Assembly (NCBI GenBank): GCA_003506895.1
Contig: DNXO01000034.1
Span: 26,569-90,568 of the forward strand
DNA: 64,000 bases
Source: Acetobacteraceae bacterium
GTDB taxonomy: Bacteria > Pseudomonadota > Alphaproteobacteria > Acetobacterales > Acetobacteraceae
Direction: 5' to 3'
The position numbers and the translations under genes were made by a program. Below, piece after piece: positions 39,064 through 48,566 of this stretch (position 1 is its first letter; the number at the start of each line of letters is the position of its first letter). The notes under the pieces are model-generated. The model was not told the origin of the DNA. It saw only the letters and a program-made list of their open reading frames with translations, and made no database searches.

Positions 39064-39970
39064 CCAGGTCACAGCGGGCGCGTGGCGTTTGGGGCTTTGT
39101 CGTTACGCTGGATCTGAAGGCCTTTTACGCTCGGATCAAAGTCCGCGATAACCATCCCGGACGTCCGGCGGCCGATCCGGCGGTGCTTCTGGCGGTATGA
39201 CTGTATGCCACGCTGGATGGGGTGGGTTCGGCCCGCGCGTTAGAGCGGCTGTGTTCGCACCATGCGGCCTATCGGTGGCTGTGTGGCGGCGTTCCGGTCA
39301 ATCACGACATGCTGTCGGCCTTCCGCCGTGATGGCGGTGCGCTGCTGGATGCGGTGTTGACGCATAGCCTGACCGGCCTGATCGCTGAAGGCCTGGTGGG
39401 TCTGGAAGAGGTTGCGATCGACGGCACCAAGGTTCGGTCCCTGGCGGGACACAGTTCAATGGCGGGACTGGATCGCCTCGCGCGTATCGAGACGCTCGTG
39501 GTCGAGCGGATCGCGGGTCTGAAGCAGGACTTGGACGAGCATGCTGGCAGTGCCGAACGGATCAAGGGCGCGCTGGACCGTCTGGTTGAACTGGAGGTGG
39601 AAAAGGCCGGCGCGCGAAAGCGGACAGGCGCGAAGCCAAGCGCAAGCAGATGGTGTCGCTGCGGGACTTCGAGGTGCGCCGGATGCGGCTAGCGGACGGT
39701 TCGGTGCATCCGGCTTGGACTGTGCCTGTGGCAACGGCCAAGGGCGTCGTGGTGTCGACCGAGCCGACCGATCGGCGCGATGACGGCGGATTGGCGCCCA
39801 GCCCGGTCGAACAGATCATGCGCCGGTGCGGGCAAACGCCGGTTCGCCTGCTTGCGGATGGCACGGCGATGACGGTCCAGGATATCGCCGCGTTGCGGTC
39901 GGTGTGCCACTTCCAGGGCCTCGCGCATAACCTGCTGCATGCTTACGGGCAGCGATGCGTCGCGGCATGA
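39064..39970 (+). mobile_element. Decayed IS1182-family transposase
   Basis: GRPAADPAVLLAV*LYA (TGA 39198-39200), YRWLCGG..VNH..LS.FR, AIDGTKVR; frameshift before VSLRDFEVRRMR; short second half suggests an internal deletion. Confidence 0.85.
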
Positions 39971-40345
39971 CCCCGATCCGTGCCGGTTGGACCGCATTGG
40001 CGGGCACTGGTCCCGGCTGCAAGGCGGTTTCCCCTGATCGCGCGGGTCGCCAAGGCAGCAACGCCACCGCAACGATACGAAATTCAACCGCTCACGTGTC
40101 ACGAGGATGGATATCCGGATTGGATTACAGCCTCCTTCGCCGACCATGACGATGAGCGGCCGACGGCTTCCGTCAAACGATTCGATTATTTCGCCGCGTA
40201 TCCTAAACCGCCTGCCCATCCTGGTCTACGACGCGAAGCTTGTGCCCGCCCAGGATGGATTGGGTGGACTAAACAGCAAAACATTTAGGCCGTTTGCGGA
40301 TTGTGCCAAATGACGATCCGCGGCTCTTTGAAAATCCGCATGGAC

Positions 40346-40376
40346 GTTCGCTTCCTCGCTGGGGCGTGGATTGCAC
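40346..40376 (+). repeat. Solitary degenerate type I-C CRISPR-repeat-like unit
   Basis: GTTCGCTTCCTCGCTGGGGCGTGGATTGCAC resembles GTCGC-stem-GCGTGGATTGAAAC; single copy, no cas genes in window. Confidence 0.4.
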
Positions 40377-40689
40377 GTGGCGGTCCATGTCCTCAATCGC
40401 GTGCTAAAGCTAGGACGCCCGCGCTATGCCCGCAGCCTCTGACCCAAACCGGGATTGGGATCGTTGCGTAGACACCTTTGATCCCCGCACCACGCTGCCA
40501 GGGCCCCACTCCAGATTGGAGTCAAAAAGCTGCCCCCTTGGGCGAAGGCCGCCAGATTCGTGCTGATCGTGGCGACCATACCGGTGAAGCCTCCAAATGC
40601 CGCCGATAGAAAATTGCCACTTGAAACAATTGAAGCGATCAGTCAGAAAATCTGAATTCGCAAGCTCCAATGGTTATGGAAATATAACT

Positions 40690-41346
40690 ATGTGGACCGA
40701 ATGGAAGGATCGGGATCGAAAAGTGGTATTATTCAGACATTTTATGGCGACAGTCGTCGTGGGTGCCTCCGCCTTCGGCGGCCTCCTTTGCATGGCAACG
40801 CCGGCCCGCGCAGAATTCGTCGTCACCGTCTCCCAGGACGGCGCCAACATTGTCGCCACCGGCAGTGGCTCCATCAATACGGCAGGGCTGACCGATGTCG
40901 GCGGTGCCTTTGACGGCGGTGCTTCCTACGACGGAGACCGGTTCATCGTCGGCGGGCTGGAGGCAGCAGTGCAGTTTTGGACGTCGATCAGCGGTCCCGC
41001 CAACTTTGGCCCGACGGGAGACACATGGAACTCCGCTTCCTCGGGGTCCGGTGACGTCGTCGGGGTCATTGCCGATAGCGGGATATATCTTCCAGATTCA
41101 TATGTGTCCGGCAGCGCCCTGTCGGGTACTTCCACATGGGACAACACGACGCTCAGCGCCCTAAACTTGACGCCTGGCACGTATGACTGGACCTGGGGCT
41201 CCGGCGACACGGCGGACGGTTACGAACTCGTAGTCAACGGGGGACAACAGAGCGTTCCTGAATCGTCATCGCTGCTGTTGCTCGCGGTGCCATTGGCCGC
41301 CGCGGCGGTGATGCGCCGCAGGCGGGAGTCACGGCCCGCCGTGTGA
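40690..41346 (+). CDS. PEP-CTERM sorting domain protein
   Basis: Signal peptide ending ATPARA; Gly/Ser/Thr-rich body; C-terminus SVPESSS-LLLLAVPLAAAAVM-RRRR; start 40690 or 40744. Confidence 0.85.
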   Translation: MWTEWKDRDRKVVLFRHFMATVVVGASAFGGLLCMATPARAEFVVTVSQDGANIVATGSGSINTAGLTDVGGAFDGGASYDGDRFIVGGLEAAVQFWTSISGPANFGPTGDTWNSASSGSGDVVGVIADSGIYLPDSYVSGSALSGTSTWDNTTLSALNLTPGTYDWTWGSGDTADGYELVVNGGQQSVPESSSLLLLAVPLAAAAVMRRRRESRPAV

Positions 41347-41352
41347 CGTGGT

Positions 41353-41422
41353 TGTCAATCGGCGTTGAAGCTTGACCCGGTATTGGAGTGGCCCTGGAGC
41401 CGGACAAATTCAGGCGTCCACT
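41353..41422. mobile_element. Isolated IS terminal remnants (IS21-like end, then possible IS3-like end)
   Basis: TGTCAATCGGCGTTGAAGCTTGACCCGGTATTGG resembles IS21 ends; GAGTGGCCCTGGAGCCGGACA resembles IS3-family ends; no transposase follows. Confidence 0.5.
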
Positions 41423-41538
41423 CTGACCGTGCGCCGGACGGGTGTTGTCAACTTGATGAACGGGAGCATCAGCCAAGCTCAGTGTTCTGGCAGCACGCGC
41501 GTCGGCGAGTATGACACCCCGTTCTGAGGTGCGGTCGT

Positions 41539-42049
41539 TAGGGTCTGATGATAAATGACCGCTTCAATGTAGTTATTGATTAGGTGCGATGGCATAGTCC
41601 CATCCCCCATGGAATTCGGCGCGCGTCAGGTTGATCGCCTGTATTTCCAGTTCGATCACCTGCACGCCCCCGGGACCGAGGTTGCCGTCGAACTCGCGGC
41701 AAACCGCGAGGCCTGTTTCGGGCTTCGTGGCACTCATCAGTTGGACGATGACCTAATGACTGCCCAGCGGCTTGCCGCGCCAGTTCTGGGTGATGAAGGC
41801 GAGCAGGCGGTGCTCGATCTTGTTCCACTTGCTGGTGCCCGGCGGCAGGTGGGTCACCGGTATCGCAAGACCGGTTTCGTTGACGAACCGTTGCAGTTCA
41901 CGTTTCCATAATCTGACCTTAGCACCGTAGCTGCCGCCGCAGTCGGCTGTGATTGTCAGGCTGGTGGCATCGGGGTAGCGTGTCCGGCCGAGCTTGTGCC
42001 ACCAGCGTCGGATGCTTTCGACGACCAAGGCCGCGGTGTCGGCGTTATC
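41539..42049 (-). mobile_element. ISAzo13-family transposase 3' fragment, decayed
   Basis: DTAALVVESIRRWW, LTITADCGGS, HLPPGTSKWNKIEHRL, QNWRGKPL; internal TAG 41753-41755, frame continues to TAA 41573. Confidence 0.88.
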
Positions 42050-42051
42050 TC

Positions 42052-42581
42052 GCTTCGCTTATTTCTCGGAAGGCCCTAAGGGTGCGGCCGCGGGCGGCAT
42101 GACGATAGAACCGTTGCTGGGCGTGAACGACAAGGACAAGGCCCTTGGCTTCTGGACCGATGCCAACGGCAACGCCCACGGATTCACTTACGATACCGGA
42201 TCGAAGAGCTTCATTGAGGTCGATATCAAGGGCCACATGGGCACCACGACCACGGCGATCAACAACAAGGGCGATATCGCCGGCTTCGTTAAGGACAACG
42301 GTGTCGATCAGGGCTTCATCAAGGACGGCAACAAGGTGGAGTTGCTGAAGGGACCCAAGGGGTCGGTGATGGCTTTGGGCATCAACAACGAGGATCAGGC
42401 GGTCGGCTCGTTCACCGACGCGGCCGGACAGGCGCACCGCTTCCTGTTCGACGACCGGTTGCACCAGTACGCGGTTATCAATGACCCCAACGGGGTCAAG
42501 GGCCAGTTGGCCGGTTTCTTCCTGGACAAGGCCGGCAACACCGATGGGATGCTGGTTCAGATCAGCACGCACCATAGCTGA
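42052..42581 (+). pseudogene. 5'-truncated secreted repeat protein (HAF-like beta repeats)
   Basis: Repeating (G/A)(V/I)N(D/N).....GF units; no start or signal peptide, upstream frame runs into ISAzo13. Confidence 0.6.
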
Positions 42582-42635
42582 TGTCCGGCGTGATGTGGCG
42601 TTCGCCCGCGGGGCGGACGCCACGTTGGCCGGCGG

Positions 42636-42914
42636 TCAGCCCTGGATCACCGGCATGACGATATGGATGGCAATCAGCAACAGAACCAGGATCACCGCGA
42701 TCCGTATGATCCCGCCGAACAGGCGCAGCGACCCCAGGACCAACACGGCCGCGACCGCAAGGAGCAACACCGTCTGAAGTGTATGGGGGACGCCGATTTG
42801 CTGGAGCACGCCGCGCAACCACAATTCGAACTCAGTCAGGATCGTCGCGACGGCCAGGCCGAATTGGGTGAGCAGATTCAGTAGGGCGTCGATAGCGGTT
42901 TGGAGTTGGCTCAC
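42636..42914 (-). CDS. Small membrane protein of unknown function
   Basis: 92 aa from GTG with AAGGA RBS; two to three hydrophobic helices. Confidence 0.65.
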   Translation of the reverse strand: MSQLQTAIDALLNLLTQFGLAVATILTEFELWLRGVLQQIGVPHTLQTVLLLAVAAVLVLGSLRLFGGIIRIAVILVLLLIAIHIVMPVIQG

Positions 42915-43098
42915 ACTGATTTCCTTGATGAGGATACTCGCTTCGGAAATCGTGCGGAAGGGGACGTTATGGAAGATGTCGTCTCTATAAGGTGACGTTC
43001 CCAGGCGGGCTTGGCGGATGGTGTATCTGGCGTTGTCGCGGATACCGTCCAGCTTCCGCACCCTGGCCGGCGCGGCCGTCAGCTTCGTCGGCACCGCG

Positions 43099-43295
43099 CA
43101 GAAGGGCAAAGGCTGGCTGGTAGGCGCCTCCCTGACCATCGCCGACGTCGGCTGTTGGGGCCGCATGGTCTTCATGGCCGAGGGCGGGATGGATATCGCC
43201 AACTGGCCGAACGTCCCCGCCTGGTCTAAACGGCTTGCGGCCCTCCCGGGCTTTGCCCTGCCCTATGACCTGATATCAAAAAGAATACGGAGTTC
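43099..43295 (+). pseudogene. Glutathione S-transferase C-terminal remnant
   Basis: WLVGASLTIADVGCW...NWPNVPAWSKRLAALPGF matches the GST C-domain N-capping box region; no N-domain upstream. Confidence 0.65.
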
Positions 43296-43300
43296 GATCC

Positions 43301-44224
43301 ATGCGCATAGCCGTTATCGGTGCCGGCGGAGTCGGCGGCGCGTTCGGTGCCGCCCTGGCCAATGCCGGCGCCGACGTGACCTTCGTCGCCCGCGGTGCCC
43401 ACCTGAAAGCCATGCAGCAGAATGGCCTGCGGGTCGAAGGCGGCCGCGGCGAAACCCTGGTAAAGCCGTGCCAGGCGACCGACGACCCGGCAACCATCGG
43501 GCCGGTCGATTTCGTGTTGTTCTGCGTCAAGCTGTGGGATGTGGAATCCGCCGGTGAACAGATCAAGCCGCTGATCGGGCCGAACACGGCGGTGATCCCG
43601 CTGCAAAACGGCATCGACTCGGCGGAGCGGCTGATTCCCATCCTGGGCGCCCAGGCGGTGATGGGCGGGGTGGCGCAGATCAGCGCGACGATCGCCGAAC
43701 CGGGCGTGATCCGTCAGGTCGGCACCTTCATGCGACTGGTGTTCGGTGAGCTTGAGGGCGGCAAGAGCGCGCGTGGCGATGCCTTCCTGGCGATGTGCCA
43801 GAAGGCCGGCTTCGACGCGACGCACAGTGCCAATATCCAGACCGAGCTGTGGATGAAGTTCATACTGCTCGCCAGCAACGCCGCGATCACGGCCGCGACG
43901 CGGACGCCGATCGGCAAGCTGCGCGACGACCCGGATACCAATGCGCTGTTCGAGAAGACCTTTGCCGAGGTCTTCGCCGTCGGCCGGGCGAAGGGAATCA
44001 AGCTGCCGGACGATGCGGTGGAGAAGACCCTGGGTTTCACCCGCAACGCCCCGGCGGCGATGATGGCCTCCATGGCGCACGACCTGATTCGGGGGAACCG
44101 GATTGAGTTGCCGTGGCTGTCTGGGAAGGTTGTGGCGCTTGGGCGGGAACTGGGTGTGCCGACGCCGGTGCATGAGGTTCTTTACGCGGTGCTGAAGCCG
44201 TTCACCGAGGGGAAGGCCGGCTAA
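43301..44224 (+). CDS. panE: 2-dehydropantoate 2-reductase family
   Basis: IGAGGVG, CVKLWD, LQNG, WMKF, ASMAHDL...RIEL. Confidence 0.9.
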   Translation: MRIAVIGAGGVGGAFGAALANAGADVTFVARGAHLKAMQQNGLRVEGGRGETLVKPCQATDDPATIGPVDFVLFCVKLWDVESAGEQIKPLIGPNTAVIPLQNGIDSAERLIPILGAQAVMGGVAQISATIAEPGVIRQVGTFMRLVFGELEGGKSARGDAFLAMCQKAGFDATHSANIQTELWMKFILLASNAAITAATRTPIGKLRDDPDTNALFEKTFAEVFAVGRAKGIKLPDDAVEKTLGFTRNAPAAMMASMAHDLIRGNRIELPWLSGKVVALGRELGVPTPVHEVLYAVLKPFTEGKAG

Positions 44225-44262
44225 CCTCGGCATTTACCACTGTTGGCGCTGGAAGACGTAGA

Positions 44263-44282
44263 TGGCGGGCTTGCGCCCGCCA
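44263..44282. repeat. REP-like hairpin between convergent genes
   Basis: TGGCGGGC-TTGC-GCCCGCCA, flanked by GA and CGAC as in the REP at 49-72. Confidence 0.5.
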
Positions 44283-44332
44283 CGACGATTGGGGCTCGGC
44301 CGATGCGGCTGTTAGTTTGACCCGCGGAACCT

Positions 44333-45217
44333 TCAAACAATCGCCGTTCGGCTGATCGCGTGCCAGCGCATCAGACGCAGGCGTCCATCGCGGATCAACC
44401 GCCGGCGCAGCAGCCAGAGTTCGGCCTCGGCGACCATTTGCGCCGCCTCTTGGCGTGGCGGTTTCGCCCCTTGCAGATCGTGCAGCAGAACCCGCCATCC
44501 TAGAATCGCCTGCTCAAGATGGCGCGCCGAGATATCCTCGGCGATGCGGACGTCCAGCCCGACGCGCCCGAGCATGCGGGTGATCGCGATGCCGGGCACC
44601 AAACCGTCCGGATCGCGCCTTTCCAGTACCGCCCAGCGTGCAACCGTCGGGTCGTTCGGGTTCAGCGGCGTGTCGGCGGTGAGCTCGGTCATCACCATCT
44701 GCCCGCCCGGCCGCAAGGCACTGGCCAACCCATCCAGGATCGGTTCGGGTTGCGCCCCGTGCAGAGGCTCCAGCGCAAGGCAGTGATGGTGGCTTTTGGG
44801 GACGAATGACGGAGCCCACGGGTTCCAGGCGTCGATTCGGACTTTCTTCGTCAGTTGCGCCTTGCCGATGAAGCTTCTGGCGGCCGCGAGCAGCGAAGGA
44901 TCGTGCTCCACACCTGTTACCCAGGCGCCGAAGTTCCGGGTTACCGCGGCGGCAGGTCCGCCCCCCCCGACACCGACAATCAACAGGCTGGCGGCGGAAG
45001 CGGCCCCGAGTGGCCGAACCAGACGCAACGTCTCGATCTCGCCGCCCGGGAAGACGAAACCCATCCCCCAGAGCCGGTTGGACAGTGCAACGCGGGAGGC
45101 CGGCCAGTCCACCCGAACCCGCGACTCCGGCACGGCCGGAGCCAAATCAGCGCACGCCGCCGCTAAAACCGGAGGTGGCGATCGTCCGAAAAGATAGCGT
45201 ACCGCGATGGACAGCAT
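44333..45217 (-). CDS. Class I SAM-dependent methyltransferase-like protein
   Basis: LLIVGVGGGG motif I-like, WVTGVEHD, ALRPGGQMV. Confidence 0.65.
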   Translation of the reverse strand: MLSIAVRYLFGRSPPPVLAAACADLAPAVPESRVRVDWPASRVALSNRLWGMGFVFPGGEIETLRLVRPLGAASAASLLIVGVGGGGPAAAVTRNFGAWVTGVEHDPSLLAAARSFIGKAQLTKKVRIDAWNPWAPSFVPKSHHHCLALEPLHGAQPEPILDGLASALRPGGQMVMTELTADTPLNPNDPTVARWAVLERRDPDGLVPGIAITRMLGRVGLDVRIAEDISARHLEQAILGWRVLLHDLQGAKPPRQEAAQMVAEAELWLLRRRLIRDGRLRLMRWHAISRTAIV

Positions 45218-45252
45218 CCATCCAGACTACGCGGCGAACCTTACTAAATGGT

Positions 45253-45591
45253 TTACGCAGCGAATTCCGTCAGCACGTATCGCACGGTTTCCGGGCCGGG
45301 CACGCTGGGGATATGGCGGTGCTCCGGACCGGCCGGTATGTGCAGCATGTCGCCGGGTCCGGCCTCGACCGAATGGGAATCGAAGCGATACCGGATACGG
45401 CCGGACAGGATGAAAATCGAATGCCCGGTTTCGCACCAGTTACCCTCGGCCGCACCCACTGGATCGGGGGCGCGTTCCTGATAGCGCAGGGCGATACCGA
45501 AGCCGGACACCGCTTCCCGTACCTTCAGGCGGTCGGTCGCGGTTTCCAGGGGATGGTCGGCGGCGGTGAAGAGATAGGGGCTGTCTGACAT
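45253..45591 (-). CDS. Cupin domain protein
   Basis: HSIFILSGRI, GPGDMLHIPAGPEHRH. Confidence 0.85.
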   Translation of the reverse strand: MSDSPYLFTAADHPLETATDRLKVREAVSGFGIALRYQERAPDPVGAAEGNWCETGHSIFILSGRIRYRFDSHSVEAGPGDMLHIPAGPEHRHIPSVPGPETVRYVLTEFAA

Positions 45592-45634
45592 GCCGCCAGC
45601 CTAGCGCGACATTCCGCCCCTTGCCACAGGGCAA

Positions 45635-45668
45635 CCAACCGGTATTTTGCCCCAACCGGTATCTTGCC
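45635..45668. promoter_or_regulatory. Tandem 17-bp repeat, probable operator of the TRAP operon
   Basis: CCAACCGGTATTTTGCC immediately followed by CCAACCGGTATCTTGCC; palindromic ACCGGT core; 29 bp before dctP ATG. Confidence 0.55.
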
Positions 45669-45697
45669 GCAGAATAGAAACGCCCAAGGATTTTCGA

Positions 45698-46705
45698 ATG
45701 CCAAGCCTGAATCGCCGCACCCTGCTCGCCGGGGCCGCGCTGCCTCTGTTCGCCATCAACACTCGCCCTGCCCGCGCAGCGGACTTCAGCCTGAAGCTGG
45801 CGAACAACGCCCCACTGACGCATCCGCAGTCGATCCGCCAGCAGGAAGCCGCGGATCGAATCAAGGCGGCAACCAACGGCGCGGTGGAGATCCAGTTGTT
45901 CCCCAACAACCAGTTGGGCTCCGACACCGACATGCTGTCGCAACTGCGGTCTGGCGCGATCGACTTCTTCACCCTGTCCGGCCTGATCCTGGCGACGCTG
46001 GTGCCGGCGGCCTCCATCAACGGCATCGGCTTCGCGTTCAAGGACTACGACACCGTGTGGAAGGCGATGGACGGCAAGCTGGGCGCCTATGTGCGGTCGG
46101 AAATCGACAAGCGCGGCCTGATCGCCATGGACAAGATGTGGGACAACGGGTTCCGCCAGATCACCAGCTCCACCCACCCGATCAGGACACCGGCGGACCT
46201 GAAGGGCTTTAAGATCCGCGTGCCGGTTTCGCCGCTGTGGACCAGCATGTTCACCGCGCTGGGCGCTTCGCCGATCAGCATCAACTTCGCCGAGGTCTAT
46301 TCCGCCTTGCAGACCAAGATCGCGGAAGGGCAGGAAAATCCACTGACGCTGATCCAGATCGCCAAGCTGTACGAGGTGCAGAAATACGTCTCCATGACCA
46401 GCCACATGTGGGACGGGTTCTGGATGCTGGGCAACAAGCGCAGCTTCTCGGCGCTGCCGGCCGACGCCCAGGCGATCGTCGCTCGGGAGCTGAACAAGTC
46501 GGCATTGGATGAGCGCGCCGACATCGCCAAGCTGAACGGATCGGTCGCCGACGACCTGAAGTCCAAGGGCCTGGAGTTTGTCGAGGTGGACAAGCCCGCG
46601 TTCCGCGAAGCCCTGAAGACCGCCGGGTTCTACGCGGAGTGGAAAAACAAGTACGGCGAAGAGGCCTGGGGAATCCTGGAATCCCAAGTCGGCTCTCTGT
46701 CGTAA
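45698..46705 (+). CDS. dctP: TRAP transporter substrate-binding protein
   Basis: Tat leader LNRRTLL; QLFPNNQLG, NGFRQIT, KGFKIRVP, EVYSALQT..AEGQENP. Confidence 0.93.
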   Translation: MPSLNRRTLLAGAALPLFAINTRPARAADFSLKLANNAPLTHPQSIRQQEAADRIKAATNGAVEIQLFPNNQLGSDTDMLSQLRSGAIDFFTLSGLILATLVPAASINGIGFAFKDYDTVWKAMDGKLGAYVRSEIDKRGLIAMDKMWDNGFRQITSSTHPIRTPADLKGFKIRVPVSPLWTSMFTALGASPISINFAEVYSALQTKIAEGQENPLTLIQIAKLYEVQKYVSMTSHMWDGFWMLGNKRSFSALPADAQAIVARELNKSALDERADIAKLNGSVADDLKSKGLEFVEVDKPAFREALKTAGFYAEWKNKYGEEAWGILESQVGSLS

Positions 46706-46706
46706 C

Positions 46707-48566
46707 ATGGCACACGACCTCGCCACCGATGTCGGACCGCGGTCCGGGCTTTTGCCTTATCGTATCGACATGTTCCTCCGCATCGTCGCCGAAATCCCGG
46801 CGGCGTTGCTGGTGGTGGCCGAGATCGTGGTGCTGTTCACCGGCGTGACCGCCCGCTACGTCTTCCATGCCCCGCTGGTGTGGACGGACGAGCTGGCCTC
46901 GATCCTGTTCCTGTGGCTGGCGATGCTGGGCAGCGTGATCGCGCTGCAACGGTCGGAGCATATGCGTCTGACCGCCATCGTCGGCGGCCTGTCCCCCGCC
47001 GCGCGGGCGCGCACCGAGGCCTTGGCGTCGGCTGCGGTGGCGATCTTTCTGCTGATGGTATTGCCCTCGGCCTGGGATTACGCCGGCGATGAGTGGTTCA
47101 TCGAGACCCCCGCGCTGGGCATTCATAATACCTTCCGAGCAATGGCGATCCCGGTGGGGGCGGCGTTTATGGTGGTGACGGCGCTGACGCGGTTGCTGCG
47201 GTTGTCGTGGAAGGATGCGCTGTTCGGCGTTGCCGTGGTGGTGGCTCTGGCGACCGTGCTGCACTTCGCCGGGCCGTGGCTAAAGGGCTTCGGCAACTGG
47301 AATCTGGTGCTGTTCTTCGTGCTGCTGCTCGGCGCGGGGGTGTTGCTGTCGGTGCCGATCGGGTTCGCGTTCGGACTGGCGACGCTGGCGTATCTGGCGA
47401 CGCTGACTCGGACCCCGCTGACGGTGGTGGTCTCGCGCATGGATGAGGGCATGAGTTCCCTGATCCTGCTGGCGGTGCCGCTGTTCGTGTTTCTGGGCCT
47501 GCTGATCGAAATGACCGGCATGGCGCGCGCCATGGTCAACTTCCTGTCGGCGCTGCTGGGGCATGTGCGCGGCGGGCTGTCCTATGTGCTGCTGGGGGCG
47601 ATGTATCTGGTTTCGGGCATTTCCGGCTCCAAGGCCGCCGACATGGCGGCGGTGGCACCCGTGCTGTTTCCCGACATGAAGCGGCGCGGCATGAATGAGG
47701 GTGAGTTGGTGTCCCTGCTCGCGGCCTCGGGCGCCATGAGCGAGACGATCCCGCCCTCGCTGGTGCTGATCACCATCGGGTCGGTGACCGGCGTATCGAT
47801 CGCGGCACTGTTCACCGGCGGGTTGATGCCGGCTTTGGTGCTGGCAGCCGCGTTGGCGTTCATCGCGCGCTGGCGTGGCCGGAATGAGAATATGACGGGC
47901 GTTGTCCGCCCACCGTGGGGCTTCATCGGCAAGGCGTTCGTGGTGTCGCTGCCGGCGTTGGTGCTGCCGTTCGTGATCCGCACCGCGGTGATCGAGGGCA
48001 TCGCGACAGCGACCGAAGTTTCAACGATCGGCATCGTTTACGCGATCCTGATGGGCGTGCTGGTTTACCGGCAGTTCCCGCTGCGGCGCATCTTCCCGAT
48101 GCTGGTCGAAACGGCGGCGCTGTCGGGCGCGATCCTGCTGATCATCGGCACGGCAACCGGGATGGCCTGGGCGCTGACCCAGTCCGGGTTCTCGCGCCAG
48201 TTGGCGGCGGCGATGGCGTCCATGCCGGGCGGGGCGGCCGGGTTCATGGCGATCTCCATCGTCGCGTTCGTGGTGCTGGGCAGCGTGCTGGAGGGGATCC
48301 CCGCGATCGTGTTGTTCGGGCCACTGCTGTTCCCGTCGGCGAAGCTGGCCGGGATCAATGAGGTCCACTACGCGATGGTGGTGATCCTGGCGATGGGAAT
48401 CGGCCTCTTTGCCCCGCCGTTCGGGGTTGGCTACTACGCGGCCTGCGCGATCGGGCGCGTGTCGCCGGATGCGGCGATGCGGCGGATTTGGCCGTACCTT
48501 CTGGCGGTGCTGGCGGGGTTGATCGTGGTCGCCGCGGTGCCCTGGTTCAGCATCGGGTTCCTGTAA
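46707..48566 (+). CDS. TRAP transporter fused small+large permease (DctQM)
   Basis: N-terminal DctQ (WTDELA...SEHMR) fused to DctM (LLAVPLF, GISGSKAAD, TIPPS, APPFG). Confidence 0.92.
   Translation: MAHDLATDVGPRSGLLPYRIDMFLRIVAEIPAALLVVAEIVVLFTGVTARYVFHAPLVWTDELASILFLWLAMLGSVIALQRSEHMRLTAIVGGLSPAARARTEALASAAVAIFLLMVLPSAWDYAGDEWFIETPALGIHNTFRAMAIPVGAAFMVVTALTRLLRLSWKDALFGVAVVVALATVLHFAGPWLKGFGNWNLVLFFVLLLGAGVLLSVPIGFAFGLATLAYLATLTRTPLTVVVSRMDEGMSSLILLAVPLFVFLGLLIEMTGMARAMVNFLSALLGHVRGGLSYVLLGAMYLVSGISGSKAADMAAVAPVLFPDMKRRGMNEGELVSLLAASGAMSETIPPSLVLITIGSVTGVSIAALFTGGLMPALVLAAALAFIARWRGRNENMTGVVRPPWGFIGKAFVVSLPALVLPFVIRTAVIEGIATATEVSTIGIVYAILMGVLVYRQFPLRRIFPMLVETAALSGAILLIIGTATGMAWALTQSGFSRQLAAAMASMPGGAAGFMAISIVAFVVLGSVLEGIPAIVLFGPLLFPSAKLAGINEVHYAMVVILAMGIGLFAPPFGVGYYAACAIGRVSPDAAMRRIWPYLLAVLAGLIVVAAVPWFSIGFL

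Noticed and set aside
40250-40380. CRISPR array from repeated GGATTG at 40257, 40298 and 40368
   Set aside because: Spacing is 41 and 70 bp and only the last copy has the upstream stem; reported only as a solitary unit
40560-40690. Sigma-54/PrsR promoter for the PEP-CTERM gene
   Set aside because: No TGGCAC-N5-TTGC pattern with correct spacing found
41576-41911. 111-aa plus-strand ORF
   Set aside because: Antisense shadow of the ISAzo13 transposase fragment
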